Source of the DNA: Ophelia neglecta
Lineage: Eukaryota
Assembly (NCBI GenBank): GCA_965285935.1
Contig: OZ260666.1
Location: 40,734,001 to 40,798,000, forward strand
Direction of reading: 5' to 3'
DNA length: 64,000 nt
A program made the translations under genes and the position numbers. The notes below the pieces were generated by a model. That model worked only from the letters and a program-made list of their open reading frames with translations. It did no database searches and was not told the origin of the DNA. This document shows, piece by piece, positions 49,657-64,000 of this stretch (positions within the stretch are counted from its first letter, which is position 1; the number at the start of each line of letters is the position of its first letter).

Positions 49657-51675
49657 GTCTTGCCATCTAAACCAGATCTAAGCTCAGCTGATAGGTCACC
49701 ATTTTTATAGGCAACGTCCTGCAGGCTGAGATAATGAATACAAACTGTATGCAGGTATTTTGAAATGATGAAATGGTTATTTACTATATATATTTCTGGG
49801 TATTAAGATATCTACAGCTAGCAAATGTACGTGATGAATGGCATGGCCGTGAACGGGTCACTCATTTTCCCATATATAATACAAATACGCAACAGAAAAT
49901 CGAGCCTTGCCCCTGAAGATCCATTGGTAGGCCTATATACTTCTTACATGTTAATCTCAGGCTTGAGCTGTCAGATGATATGGGGATAGCTTACATTATT
50001 AAAACATACGCTTGCGGTGCTCCAACACAAGCCAGAGCAGCTTTGCTTGTGCCTCGATTTTAAACGTGGTAAAACTGGTAGATCCTCGCCATGGGCACTT
50101 CTCAGTGCTATTGTTGCAAATTTGATGCAAATGCATTTTGATGTTTTAAAAGTTCCCATAATATGTGTATACTATAATCCAAGATAAGCCCGTACAGCCC
50201 CGAACCTAAAAGCTAGCCCTCTTGAAACCTAAAACATACTAGGACATTTACATTGTGTTTGTGTTGATCACAGATATCATAAGGTGACTAGATAAATATT
50301 CTTCATGTATAATTTAATGTATAACTTGGAGAAATTCAAGAGTTTTTTTAAAGACTTTTCCTTGAGAAAAAAAAAATCAAAGCATATGCCTACATTAGCA
50401 AGTACCCTCAAACTGTATGCCTAAAGTCCGGTGTTTGAGATTGTCAAAACATATCAAGTAACACAACATTAGTGAAACAAATAAGAACTGAACGATGTCA
50501 AACATTTATACAAACCGTTGTTCAGGTAAGTTCCCCGAGACATGGTCTCGCCCCCCCCCCCCCACCCCACCCCACCCCCCGTCACTAACTTTGAGGGAAT
50601 TAGCTACACACATATGAATTCGTTGACCTTCTCTTGCATGGCGTTTGTGGTTTCTTAAGGCTCTTGTTTCCAACACAGTAGGCCTACTCTAGCAACATCT
50701 TGAAGTGTAGGCCATTGATTGTTCACTGGAGACTGGTTTTAAGCCTTAAAAACGGATATTTGATCCAAAATCAGTCTGGGAATACTTCGGAAAGTTGACC
50801 TGAGAAGGATGAAGATGTTTGGTTCGATTGCGAAGCCGACTGATGGACATGGCAGACGGACAAATCAACAAAGCTGGGTCAAACAGTTCTGCTCCATCAG
50901 CCGTACTTAGATTGGGAAAGAAAATTACTCCTGTGGCACCTAAACAATTCTTGTTTTCAGGAATCCTAAAGATTTGCCGTCGATCCACGGGATTCTATCG
51001 GACCGTGGGTATATATATATACACATGCCAGTTGGAATGAGCAATCCCCCCTACGTCAGAATGAGGTGGATATGGCAGGAAGTGATTTGTTCCCTGTAGG
51101 CCTAGCTTCTAACTTTGTGACCTCAGCTACCTCAGATGGGAGTAGGCCCTATACTGCAGATTTACTGCAATTTTAGTTGCGGAAGTTCGAGGAAAACACA
51201 AACTTATTTGAGTTTGTTAGCGAGCCCCCAATGAGGTATTCGGGCTACGATAACAGCCGCGGGCCAGGCATGTTACATTCACGGCTAACAGCCGCCCCAG
51301 ACATCCGCATTACCATTAGATAGTTAATCTAGTCTGAACCTGCCAGGTGAAAACTCAAATTTATTCACAGGAATAGATTTTGTAAGCAGATACTGAAAAA
51401 TACCGTGCTTGCATTCAACTGATGTACAAGTCAACTTATTAATGTACAAAAGTCAAAGTTCTGACGGTACATTTTATAAACGTGGGCCGCCTATCTACAT
51501 TTATCTGCACTGAACGTGTACCTGTATATTGTACACATTGGCCTACCTTTTTTACGGAGAGTTGCTGTCTGAAGTCCCTGCCGCCCTGAAGACGAAATCC
51601 CCACGGAACCATTCCGTCCCGTCGCTGGATCTGCACGGTCGACCCACCCCCGTAACCTCCTCCGTATTGGTTCAT
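45290..51675 (-). CDS. Small PDZ-only protein of the ALP/Enigma (PDLIM/Zasp) type, 3 exons, 118 aa
   Basis: Exons 51547-51675, 46102-46250 and 45290-45368 splice in phase: MNQYGGGYGGGSTVQIQRRDGMVPWGFRLQGGRDFRQQLSVKK|VTRGSPADGAVTAGDAILSIGNYDAKDLTHQQASQLIKNAGNVLQLTLSK|GQYQPILKPSGPVKFSAGKATGMGY*. PWGFRLQGG.DF is the ALP/Enigma PDZ signature. Confidence 0.85.
49625..49654. repeat. (AT)n microsatellite
   Basis: About 15 AT units in intron 1 of the PDZ gene. Confidence 0.95.
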
Positions 51676-53381
51676 GGTAGCCGATTGAAATTGGTCTCAC
51701 CGGTCAAGCTTAACACTTGGTGATTTCTTATGAGAAATTCACTTCCAGTGCCGCGAAAAACGAACAGATATTCAGAAAAGCTGGTTGATGAAACACTATC
51801 TTCCCACGGGATTGGTTAAATAACGCGAGGGCCCGAACCAGGCTTAAACTTAGCTGCTTACGCCAAACGGAAGGAGTCGGTACAGCCAAAATAAATCGGC
51901 GCGCACCAGAACGGCTGCTATACCGTTTCTGGCGGAGGCAGGGCCCACTCTTGTTTATTATTGGCTCTGGGCCCTCTACAGAGGTATTTCGGGGAACCGA
52001 TGCTATTTTTGGGCCGGCTAAAGCGCATTGCTTTCCTGTTCTCTCATAGCTAGACGCTATATGCGATACAGGGTCGTGATTAAGAATTCATGTCCAAACC
52101 TTGGCACTCACCGGTCGTTGATGAATTTACTGAGATACAGATCGGACAATTAGAAAGTATGTATATTACACATCATTCATTGAGGTATTCTAGAACATAA
52201 TGCATGCACAATTCCCCCGTACAGATATTCATTGCATACAGTGTAGAATGAAAACCGAAGTTGACCACATGCTTACTAACCCCATGAGAAGAAACGGATT
52301 CCTCAAACATTGCGCATGCTCGGGCATCGCTTCCTCGTGCACTTATTGAATCTTCCCGTGAATGCATACGCCTGTTTTACATTTTCTTTGTCAGGTAGGT
52401 TCATGTTATAGTAATAACCGTTTGAAAACTTAAATTAGGCTAACGTAAGCGAAATATGGGCCTACCCCCCCCCCCCTCCTCCTACCACCCTATCCCCCAC
52501 TCAAAACATGTAGGGCTACGGGATGTGCCCCGGGAATTCCCCCCCCCCCCCGGGAATTACCCCCCCCCCCCCTGACGAGTATCCGCTCTCGGCGGGTTCT
52601 GCATTTGAAGTCTACCCGCTCCCAGCGGGTTTTGATTTATCGTGCCAATAGGCCTATTTCATCTTTTACATTTGCTTTTTGGCAGTTTCACTTCTGGTAG
52701 AAGCAATTACACATCCGTTTCAATGTTATTGACCCAAAAGCCATAATTAAGCTTCCAAGGTCATAAAATCTAAATAGATCAGCTCCAACCGACCCGCCCC
52801 CCCTTCGGACCTTGCGGGGCACATCCAAGAATAACCAGAAACTTATAGTCCATTGAATCAAACAGAATTCACCATGTAGTCACAGAGCAGATACACCAAT
52901 CCCCAGCTAGATTTTTATACGATGTAATGAAAGCAATGGCAACTGTAACCTAAACATCAACAGTCTAATAGAGAGTCATCGTTCGTATATCAACTCTCAT
53001 CAGTCCTGATGGAATCCTTTTTAGGATGCCACAGGTTTCAACTCCCGTTTTGTGTATACACAGCTCATACAATGCACAAATACCGGTCTATAACCAGTTA
53101 ATACCGAAGTAATAATAATTAATGTAATCAATGGAAATAAAATTTACATAAACTTTAATGTGATCTGAAGAATAACTCAAAAGTCTTATAATTCACCCAG
53201 CTTAAATAATAAAATGATGCATTTTATTTTGCATTTTATTTTGCATTTTGATTTATTAAATTAATTCCTTGTATTCCCGTTCGTTTCTAATATGTTTCTC
53301 GTGTTGGTGGCCGACTTTGTTAACCCATTGAGATATATGTGCAAGAAACTTTTATTGAGGCTCTGTTTTGTTTTTTCAGAC

Positions 53382-56300
53382 ATGATGTCGACCGATTCGC
53401 AGCGAGAGGAGACTCGTTCCCTTGACAACCTGCCCGAGAATGTCCTCCTTCACATCTTCACCTTCCTCAACTACGAAGACCTCTGTTTGGCAGTTAGGAT
53501 GACTTGTCAAAAATGGCGCCGTTTGACATTTGACTCATGTCTGTGGAAATATGTAGAGATCCCCATGCATTTCTCTGACAAGCGCTTCATGTCTCTGCTG
53601 AGAGTCACTCACAAGTCTGTAGAGGAGCTGGATCTCAGTAAATGCGAGAATCTCACTGACTACGCTATTTCAGAGTTGGCCTCCGTGGACCTGGCACGCC
53701 TTAAGAAGTTGTCCATGCCCATATCATCCACCGGCTCCGACTGCCAGTACATTCAGCTCATGGGAGTATGTGGTTGTCTGGAAGACTTGTCCAATGTCCG
53801 ATCTAATTTGTCTGACTCGTGCAATCCTCTATACTGTCAACAAGTATTCTCCAACATGAAAATCTGCTATGATAAGCCGATATCAACGTATGGAAGAATA
53901 CGAAACGTTGTACCCGCCTTTGATCAAAGGAAGTTGGAACAATGGCGAGAGGATTTGGCCAAGTTCAGCGGCGTCCACTCAACGAATATAGAAACTTACG
54001 AGTGTATTCGTGGCACCGACTTCCTAAATGATGTAGGACTTGAGAACGTCTCTAAGCTATTTCCGAATCTTATCAAAATCGATCTTCGGCAGTGCAACAT
54101 CACCGATGAGGGGCTGAGGATGTTCTTTGACAACAATCGTGCGGAGGGTGGATTGTTGGAAATACAGTTTGACAAGCCTGGTGAGATCACAGACACTGGA
54201 CTGAAAATTATCGCTGACCACTGCCCAAATCTTCGAAAACTGAAACTGGCCCGTTGTGCAAAAGTCACAAATGAAGGAGTGAACTATATACTGGTAAGAT
54301 GTCCCAAATTGGAAGATTTCCATATCAACAACAACGTGGCTGTCTACGATGAACCAAACCCAGAAAAAACTGACATCGACAATTCTTGTCTAGATACTGT
54401 TGCCGCAAATTGTAAATCCATTCGCCAATTTCGTATTTTCTATTCTAAAGCAGTGGACTGGGTTGGTGTGGAAAAGCTCGTCTCCAATTGTCAATACCTC
54501 ACGGGTATTATGCTCTTTGAGTGCAAGAACATCTGCGACAAAGCATTAGAAGCCATCACACAACTGAAGTATCTGAAAAGTTTTGTCCTTGTCAACAGCG
54601 AACAGGTCACACCAAAGAGTATCATCAATTTAGTTCTGTGTTGTAGATACCTTGTTCGCATGACACTCTTCTGTAACAACACATTGTTCTACGCCGATCA
54701 GAGCAAACTGGCCAGCGACACTTACGAAATGATCGACGCCACAGGTTACAACTACATGCCAAGTATGATGCGCAGGCTGACAATTAGGGGCGTGGGCAGT
54801 GGATTTACTCAATTGCTGACTGTTCTGTGTCCTGATTTACTCAGTTTGGACATAAGAGAGGCTAACTTTATCACAAACAATGCGCTGCGCTCGGTGCTGA
54901 GGAACTGTGAGATACTGCGAAGTCTAGACGTGGCTGCGGTGGACGTGGATGAAGAACTTCTGTTGGACTTAACCCGACTAGCGCCGGAGTTGAGACACCT
55001 CACACTTGGCAATGCTCTGAAGGAATGCCAAGGGGCAAACGAGGCCCTTGTCGAGGTGATCAAGCGCTGTAGGTCACTGTCTAAAGTATCACTCAACAAC
55101 CCAAATAAACATCTGAAGGAGGAATTATTGGTTCATGTAGCCAAACAATACCATGGTGGCCATTGTGTGTTGCACGTGGACCCGGATGCCGTGGAAGACA
55201 CCAGACACAGGTTCATCGACCTCCACTTCACACCACTCAAATACCTCGGCTCCATCAAAACGGTCCCCTTCGATGAATACTTTGTAGACACCCCGCTAGT
55301 TCCAGATGTTGAAGAAAAACCCGAAGATGTAGCTGAAGCTGCTGGAAATGTGGATAGCAATGCTCAGGAGTCGACAGACAACAAGAAGGTAGAAGCTAGT
55401 GGCATGTCAGGTGTCCCAGCTCTTGGATCTGAAAACTTGAAGAAATGGATCGATCTCTCCCTTGCCAACGAAATAAGTAAATGTCCAGATGCAGATAAGA
55501 TGAAGGAAGCAGTGGTTGACTTACAGGCATTGCAGGCCGCCTTAGATTCTCTAAATGTGCCTGGAAGCCATGGGTCTAGCGAGACTGCACCTCCCAGACC
55601 AGAAGATTCTCAGGTTGATCAATCAAACGTACAGGCTGAGTTGGCCAAGGATATATCTCAAGCTGCCGATGTCCAAATAACAGGCGAATTGAAAATTCCT
55701 CATCAGCCCATTGAACCTCAGCCAGGAAAGCAAGAAGGACCAGATATGAACAAAAACTGTAATGATGTCGATTTAATAGATAACGCCGTTCAGTCTCCAG
55801 TGTCCGAGACTAAAGTGGAAACAATGTCTGAGGTACCGCAGAAGGAAGAGCCACAGCAGGACCCACCTCCGTCTTCTACGACAAAAGAAGACCCTGCCAA
55901 AGTTACCTCGTGTCCTGGTCTTGCTGGACTAATTTCAAGTCCAGATCAAGGGTTTAACGCTGATTCCACAGTTCCCGAAAACGCTGCTGTTGCTGAACAA
56001 GGTGCAACAGCACGTCCAGGTACCCAGAAAACAGTCACCGAAGAGGAACAACATGGTCTAGCACCTACTGAATCAATTGCTGAGGCAGCTACAGCAGGCA
56101 CAGACTCTCCATTGGGATTGTCGAATGAAGCAACCCCTTCTGAAAACACTAAAAAAGTTAGCCAAGAAGAAGAGACACAGGCACTGGCTAAATTGGTCAA
56201 CATGCTGTCAATGACTCTTGCGGACGAGAGAGGTCACAACCAAGATTGTCGTCATGTGCCTTCAATTGACCTCGGCTTCTTGCAGGCAGCCTTAGACTCA

Positions 56301-56978
56301 GCAAAAGGGTTGACTGGTGCATGTTCTAAGGCGTCAGATGCTGCGCATTTTAACGCTAAACCAGATGAGGTGCAACAACAACTGGCGACAGAGTATGCAG
56401 AACAACACCCTGAAACCTCAACCTCAGTGGATGTGACAGAATCTGCCCCTGGACAGGAAACGAAAGCTGCCTTGCCGATCAAAGAAGGTAATCCGGCCGA
56501 TGCTGAAATTTCACAAACTGCTCAATCTAGCATGGATGGCGTAACTTCTGCTGACACCAACGGCTCAATAATAACAGACTGTAATTTTTCTCACACGAAT
56601 AATGATATGGCGACAGATGGTGTATTGAATTTGCAAGATGTTCAGGTCGGAGACCAGGCTGCCGCATCTGTACAAGCTGGGTCCGCAGATGGTGCTAACA
56701 TAGTCTCTTCTCAATGTTCCTCCACTGATATCCCAACTGGTGAGTCAACAACTGCAATAAACGGCATGGATAACGCTATGACTAGCTCAGAAAAAGAAGT
56801 GACTGAAATCCCTGCCGCTCTAACTGAAGAAAATAACCTAAATCAAACAAGCCACGTCCCTGGACAAGCCAATGATGATGGCTCGGAAGTGGCCAGCGTC
56901 CCGGAACCTTTAAATACCCCAGAGACAGACGCACGCAGAGAGGAAGAAGTCCCAAATACCGCTCTGGACGCAATTTAG
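53382..56978 (+). CDS. F-box/leucine-rich-repeat protein (FBXL family) with a long acidic low-complexity C-terminus, single coding exon, ~1198 aa
   Basis: F-box LDNLPENVLLHIFTFL..EDL..VRMTCQKWRRL..LW, then cysteine-containing LRRs (LDLSKCENLTD, IDLRQCNITDEGL, CPNLRKLKLARCAKVTNEG). A strong acceptor TTTTTTCAG ending at 53379 suggests the real ATG is 53382 rather than 53292. Confidence 0.88.
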   Translation: MMSTDSQREETRSLDNLPENVLLHIFTFLNYEDLCLAVRMTCQKWRRLTFDSCLWKYVEIPMHFSDKRFMSLLRVTHKSVEELDLSKCENLTDYAISELASVDLARLKKLSMPISSTGSDCQYIQLMGVCGCLEDLSNVRSNLSDSCNPLYCQQVFSNMKICYDKPISTYGRIRNVVPAFDQRKLEQWREDLAKFSGVHSTNIETYECIRGTDFLNDVGLENVSKLFPNLIKIDLRQCNITDEGLRMFFDNNRAEGGLLEIQFDKPGEITDTGLKIIADHCPNLRKLKLARCAKVTNEGVNYILVRCPKLEDFHINNNVAVYDEPNPEKTDIDNSCLDTVAANCKSIRQFRIFYSKAVDWVGVEKLVSNCQYLTGIMLFECKNICDKALEAITQLKYLKSFVLVNSEQVTPKSIINLVLCCRYLVRMTLFCNNTLFYADQSKLASDTYEMIDATGYNYMPSMMRRLTIRGVGSGFTQLLTVLCPDLLSLDIREANFITNNALRSVLRNCEILRSLDVAAVDVDEELLLDLTRLAPELRHLTLGNALKECQGANEALVEVIKRCRSLSKVSLNNPNKHLKEELLVHVAKQYHGGHCVLHVDPDAVEDTRHRFIDLHFTPLKYLGSIKTVPFDEYFVDTPLVPDVEEKPEDVAEAAGNVDSNAQESTDNKKVEASGMSGVPALGSENLKKWIDLSLANEISKCPDADKMKEAVVDLQALQAALDSLNVPGSHGSSETAPPRPEDSQVDQSNVQAELAKDISQAADVQITGELKIPHQPIEPQPGKQEGPDMNKNCNDVDLIDNAVQSPVSETKVETMSEVPQKEEPQQDPPPSSTTKEDPAKVTSCPGLAGLISSPDQGFNADSTVPENAAVAEQGATARPGTQKTVTEEEQHGLAPTESIAEAATAGTDSPLGLSNEATPSENTKKVSQEEETQALAKLVNMLSMTLADERGHNQDCRHVPSIDLGFLQAALDSAKGLTGACSKASDAAHFNAKPDEVQQQLATEYAEQHPETSTSVDVTESAPGQETKAALPIKEGNPADAEISQTAQSSMDGVTSADTNGSIITDCNFSHTNNDMATDGVLNLQDVQVGDQAAASVQAGSADGANIVSSQCSSTDIPTGESTTAINGMDNAMTSSEKEVTEIPAALTEENNLNQTSHVPGQANDDGSEVASVPEPLNTPETDARREEEVPNTALDAI

Positions 56979-57164
56979 ACTTATAGATATGACAGTATAG
57001 GAAGTTTAAACGTTACATCAGATATGGGCAATAGTCATGCTTCGATATGATTAGAAAAATTATGGTTGATATTTAATTCTTTTGTGTTTTATGTGTCTAC
57101 AAAAAAATGAATTTTTGATTATTATGTCATTAGGTCATTCGTTGTTATTAGAAACTACCGTGTC

Positions 57165-57170
57165 AATAAA
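57165..57170 (+). terminator. Candidate polyadenylation signal of the F-box/LRR gene
   Basis: AATAAA ~190 nt after the stop codon. Confidence 0.4.
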
Positions 57171-58642
57171 TCTCATTTTGAATTCAACTAGTACTTCAAA
57201 GAATATAATTATGCTACATTTTTGCTCAACTTGGGTTGAACTGGGTCACAACTCGGCCTATAGTAGTATTTATTCCAAACCAAATACATCATAGAAAGTC
57301 CTGGATAAAATTTGTTCTATATCAGTTATTGTTAACGGTAGATTACACGTGACAAGTCCTTGTCTTCAACAAATGCTCACACTATCTTTTCTTTTGATTT
57401 GTATTAGAGAAGTCCATTAAATCTTGAGGCTAAAAGCCTTAAGTGAGTCTGACACAGGGCAGCAATGGCCTGCAATTTGACTTTGATGGAAATGTTTTCG
57501 TCGGTGGCAATTTTAGTATAAGAATTCGAGGGGTGAGCTTTGATTTAAGTTATTAAAAACAGTTATGATAATGAATAAGCCTTTAGATAATTTATCGGAT
57601 AAATCCCGGCCTAGAAGCAGTATTTGCATGCAGATTATTTTTCGGGCCATGCAACTTCCCTTTTGAGTGGATTTCAGAAAAAAAAAATGATCAAGAATAT
57701 AAAAACACTAACTGGTGTGATTCGACAGCTAACCTAATAATAGCCGTAATTCAATTGCAAAAATTTATTAAATGACGTCAATTTCATTGTCATTGTCAAG
57801 GCGGCAGGGGACTTATATAATTAGCAATTACTGGTAACATACTTATATCCGCACTTTAATCAAAGGTTAATATTGCGGGACAGAAGATAATGCAAATTAT
57901 CAGTTATTAAATCGAGGTAATCTTGAGGAAGAAAGTTAGTATTTTAAAATATCCTTATTGACTGCCACTACCAGAATCCCATTCTCATCATATAGGCCTT
58001 CCCATGGTTGTGAGCCTGTCGAAAAACATGCATTAACCGTGGCAAAAATAGTACCGTGGAAGGCCTCGGGCTACAGCACGTTACGAAAAAAATAGGAAAT
58101 CCCGACAAATTTCATTTCACAGATAGATAATAATCGCAAAATTAGCAAATTTCTGTCTAGGGAACATTTCTGACTTCAGTTTTTGAATTAATAGGCCTCT
58201 GCTACAGTATAATCACAAATTGGACCACTAGGGTTATGGTGTTAAGTTTGATTTGGTACATATTTTACATCTTGTCCTGCCTATATTAACAATATTTTCT
58301 GAATAAAATCTTGCGTTGTGGAAATTTTTCCGGACAGGATTTTCCTGTACATGAAAATAATAGCCTGCAGTACTTTTTCATGAAACCTGGTAAATTAAAA
58401 AAAAAAAAAAACCAAATAAGATAAAAATAAATAAGATAAGAAGAATTTGATTGTTGTACAGTTTAATCAGTTCCAGAACAATTATAGCAATATCTTGATA
58501 TATTAGTATATCTTCTGGAAACTGTCACACACAACTAGATAATATTTTATTGATAGATAAGGTGTGCAATATAATAAGTTGTCAGTCAAGGCACATTAGT
58601 CAAACATATACGAAAGAACAAAATTTGATTTCCTGTATGTGA

Positions 58643-58792
58643 ACTGGTTACCTGTCACCCAGGTCACCATGGATACCAAGGGTTTCTGTATCTTAGGTTA
58701 CCATGGTTACCTGTCACCCAGGTTTGATCCCAGGTTACCATGGTTATCTGTCACCAAGGTTACACAATACACAGATTACCCAGGTTTCCATG
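58643..58792. repeat. Degenerate short tandem repeat (GGTTACCTGTCACCCAGGT / GTTACCATGG units)
   Basis: Several imperfect copies between the convergent F-box and LIX1L 3' ends. Confidence 0.75.
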
Positions 58793-59872
58793 AAATGTGG
58801 CTCTTTTCATCTCAAATGGCCAGGTCACCTGTTTGCAGTAATAGAGCAGATGAGCCAGACATATTTCAGGGCTCACTGATCACAAATGTTATCCCAGGGC
58901 ATGTACCTTTCACATTAAGGCATCTCCTCTTTCATAGTGACCCCGTTAGCATACCGGGTCATGTATCATACTGAAATCAAACTCAAATTTCTTCTCTTAT
59001 AACATGAAATATGTTTAAAGACCCATGAATATTGTTTTAAATAAACCCTTTCCGTAGTGCATAAAGTACATATTTTCCAATCACCATGATTTAAAACTTT
59101 TCTTCATAAATAATTATATTTAAAATGTAATAGTTTTGGGGTGAAATATTATAATTTGTGTACAAAAACATACAAAATATAACAAAGCATGCTTAAATAT
59201 AGACAGTATCATTTGAGTATAGTACAAATATAATAAAATGGATTATTTGTGACTGTAATATAAATTTACTTCTAAAAATCTGATGCTAGTTGGACTAATG
59301 GGTGGTGTGCTATATGGTTAAGGTTTCTATCATGCTTTTCAAAAATCCATCAAATAAACACTTGAGTCTATATAGAAGGAACACACATGCTCATAAAAAA
59401 TCTACAATATATATTAGTTACCACTGTACTTAGATATATACAGAGACATTAGATGCCTAATAAATTGTTGATGTCATCCCCATGCCACCCTAAGCAACAG
59501 CTTTCAAAATCCCTGGCTGGTTCCACAAAGAAGAGGAAAGAATCAGAAGATAAACTTATAATTCAGGGAATACTACTTACATATACTGGAATAAAACAAA
59601 TTCCAGCTTATTTTGCTATATGAAATAGTGTTCTGAATATTGCTCAAAGACAAATGCATATATTTATAATGTAGCAGTGTGCTGAATAGTGCCAAGGTAT
59701 GTACCCTGACTTCAAACCTTATCATATTTAAAATTATACAAAAATTACTTACAAAATAGTTTCAAATACTTTTCCAAGAGCATAGATGACTTTCACAAAA
59801 TAATACATTCCCAGCTGTTTTAACTATTAAATTACTATAAATGAACTCTGTTGTTTCCTTCAGAAATAGTCT

Positions 59873-62715
<2,843 letters not shown>

Positions 62716-62955
62716 CCAATTCTTTGAGTGAGCTCATAGCCAGAGATACGATTTAGAGCCACAGAGCCCTGTGTCAATGGACAACCTAGAATAAATAGAT
62801 AATTATTTTATTTATTTTATTATTTTCATGCAGAAGTGACAGTCTCGCTCTACAGTCCCCCTACTATGGATTTTGTAAACTTCTTTTCACTTTGCAAGGT
62901 CCTACCCCATGGCTGACAGCCAAGTGCTGAAGTTCCCACACAATCTAGTGTTACA

Positions 62956-63205
62956 CAGGGGTCTACACTAACTATTTCCCAACGTCCCGGGGCACCTCAA
63001 ATCTGCTTGCGGGCACAAAGGTTTTAGTTACTAACATCCCGCCGGGCAACCTGCTAAAATTCCCCAAATCGCTGATTGTTGGATATCTTGTATATTCTAT
63101 ACGTACAAATATTTTTGGGACAGTATGCCTATGATGCAGGCAAGTAGTTTCCAAGTGCTACTTGCCCTCAGGCCAAGTGCTGAGAAAAGTTAGTGTAGAC
63201 CCCTG
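62956..63205. mobile_element. 250-bp MITE with perfect 18-bp TIRs
   Basis: CAGGGGTCTACACTAACT ... AGTTAGTGTAGACCCCTG, flanked by direct repeat GTTACA (62950-62955 and 63206-63211). Confidence 0.85.
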
Positions 63206-64000
63206 GTTACAATAAAAAAGGCCTATTGCAACACATGATCTTTAGCCTATCAGCACAGTGCACTCTACGTTTCAGTGACTTTTAGGAAATTGAGTTCTGC
63301 ATTGTTCAATAAGTGTTTACAAATTTCAAACATAAGTGTGTTCCTAATTTCATGGCTAGCAACACAAACAAATGCATTAAGCCGAATGCCGGCATCAATG
63401 TCAGTTTTTTTGGTATTTGTAATTTTTTGGCCCGATTACGCGTAATTGATAATCAGGACTTTCAGATTTTCCGAACAAAATCCATGTCCCCTATTTTTTT
63501 CTCTCAATAAAACAGAAAATATGAAATTCTGAAAACATGAATTTATTGAACATTTAAATTAGTATTAGGCTGCCTTTGATCTGTGATGTATGGTGTGTTT
63601 AAACGTAATCATGTTGATTACAGGACCGACTGAGTTGCACGCCTTCCACCATGTTTTTTTCAGCCCAAAAAACCCTGTGACTCTAGGTCTTAAAGTTTGT
63701 TTTATCAGTCACTTTGATGCTGCTAAATTTATCACATCACTGCTGTCAAACTCTGAACTGCACCCAAATGTCATGAGTTTTATTAATAAAAAAGTCAACC
63801 TATACGCGAGCCAGAAGGATCCTAGACCTCTGTGATACCCCGAGACCTCTGAGGCTACAGGAATATGATGGCTAATCTTTTTAGTTAGCATTGATATGCT
63901 AAATGTGACTTTTTGTACGGCGCTGTACAAACATTTAAATTCACATAAATATATTGTTTTAATAATGTTTTATAATGTGTAGCAATTATTTGTCATGTTG

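Noticed and set aside
50801-50851. Alternative first exon for the PDZ gene (MSISRLRNRTKHLHPSQ|)
   Set aside because: Phase fits, but the donor GTCAAC is weak and the product would lack the PDZ binding loop; unsupported.
53292-53381. N-terminal 30 aa (signal-peptide-like) of the 1228-aa ORF
   Set aside because: It overlaps a strong polypyrimidine tract and acceptor, so it is probably intron.

Overview
Eukaryotic (invertebrate animal-type) genomic DNA: AT-rich, with GT-AG introns and no prokaryotic features. Five protein-coding genes were reconstructed by hand. (1) A 34-exon minus-strand gene (27809..7556, about 2252 aa) encodes four concatenated 6TM-GYGD-CNBD units, i.e. a CNGK/tetraKCNG K+-selective cyclic-nucleotide-gated channel of the type known from sperm. 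(2) An intronless TRIM E3 ligase. (3) A 3-exon, 118-aa PDZ-only protein of the ALP/Enigma (PDLIM/Zasp) type. (4) An F-box/LRR protein with a long acidic tail. (5) A LIX1-like/lowfat gene. The most unusual structure is a ~1.6 kb intronic tandem array in the CNGK gene: 18 extra copies of an 82-bp unit made of the 3' end of an exon plus its 5' splice site. The palindrome TAGGCCTA is strongly over-represented (at least 22 copies). Several MITEs, a SINE fragment and a LINE remnant are also present. All exon boundaries are manual and unverified by transcripts.
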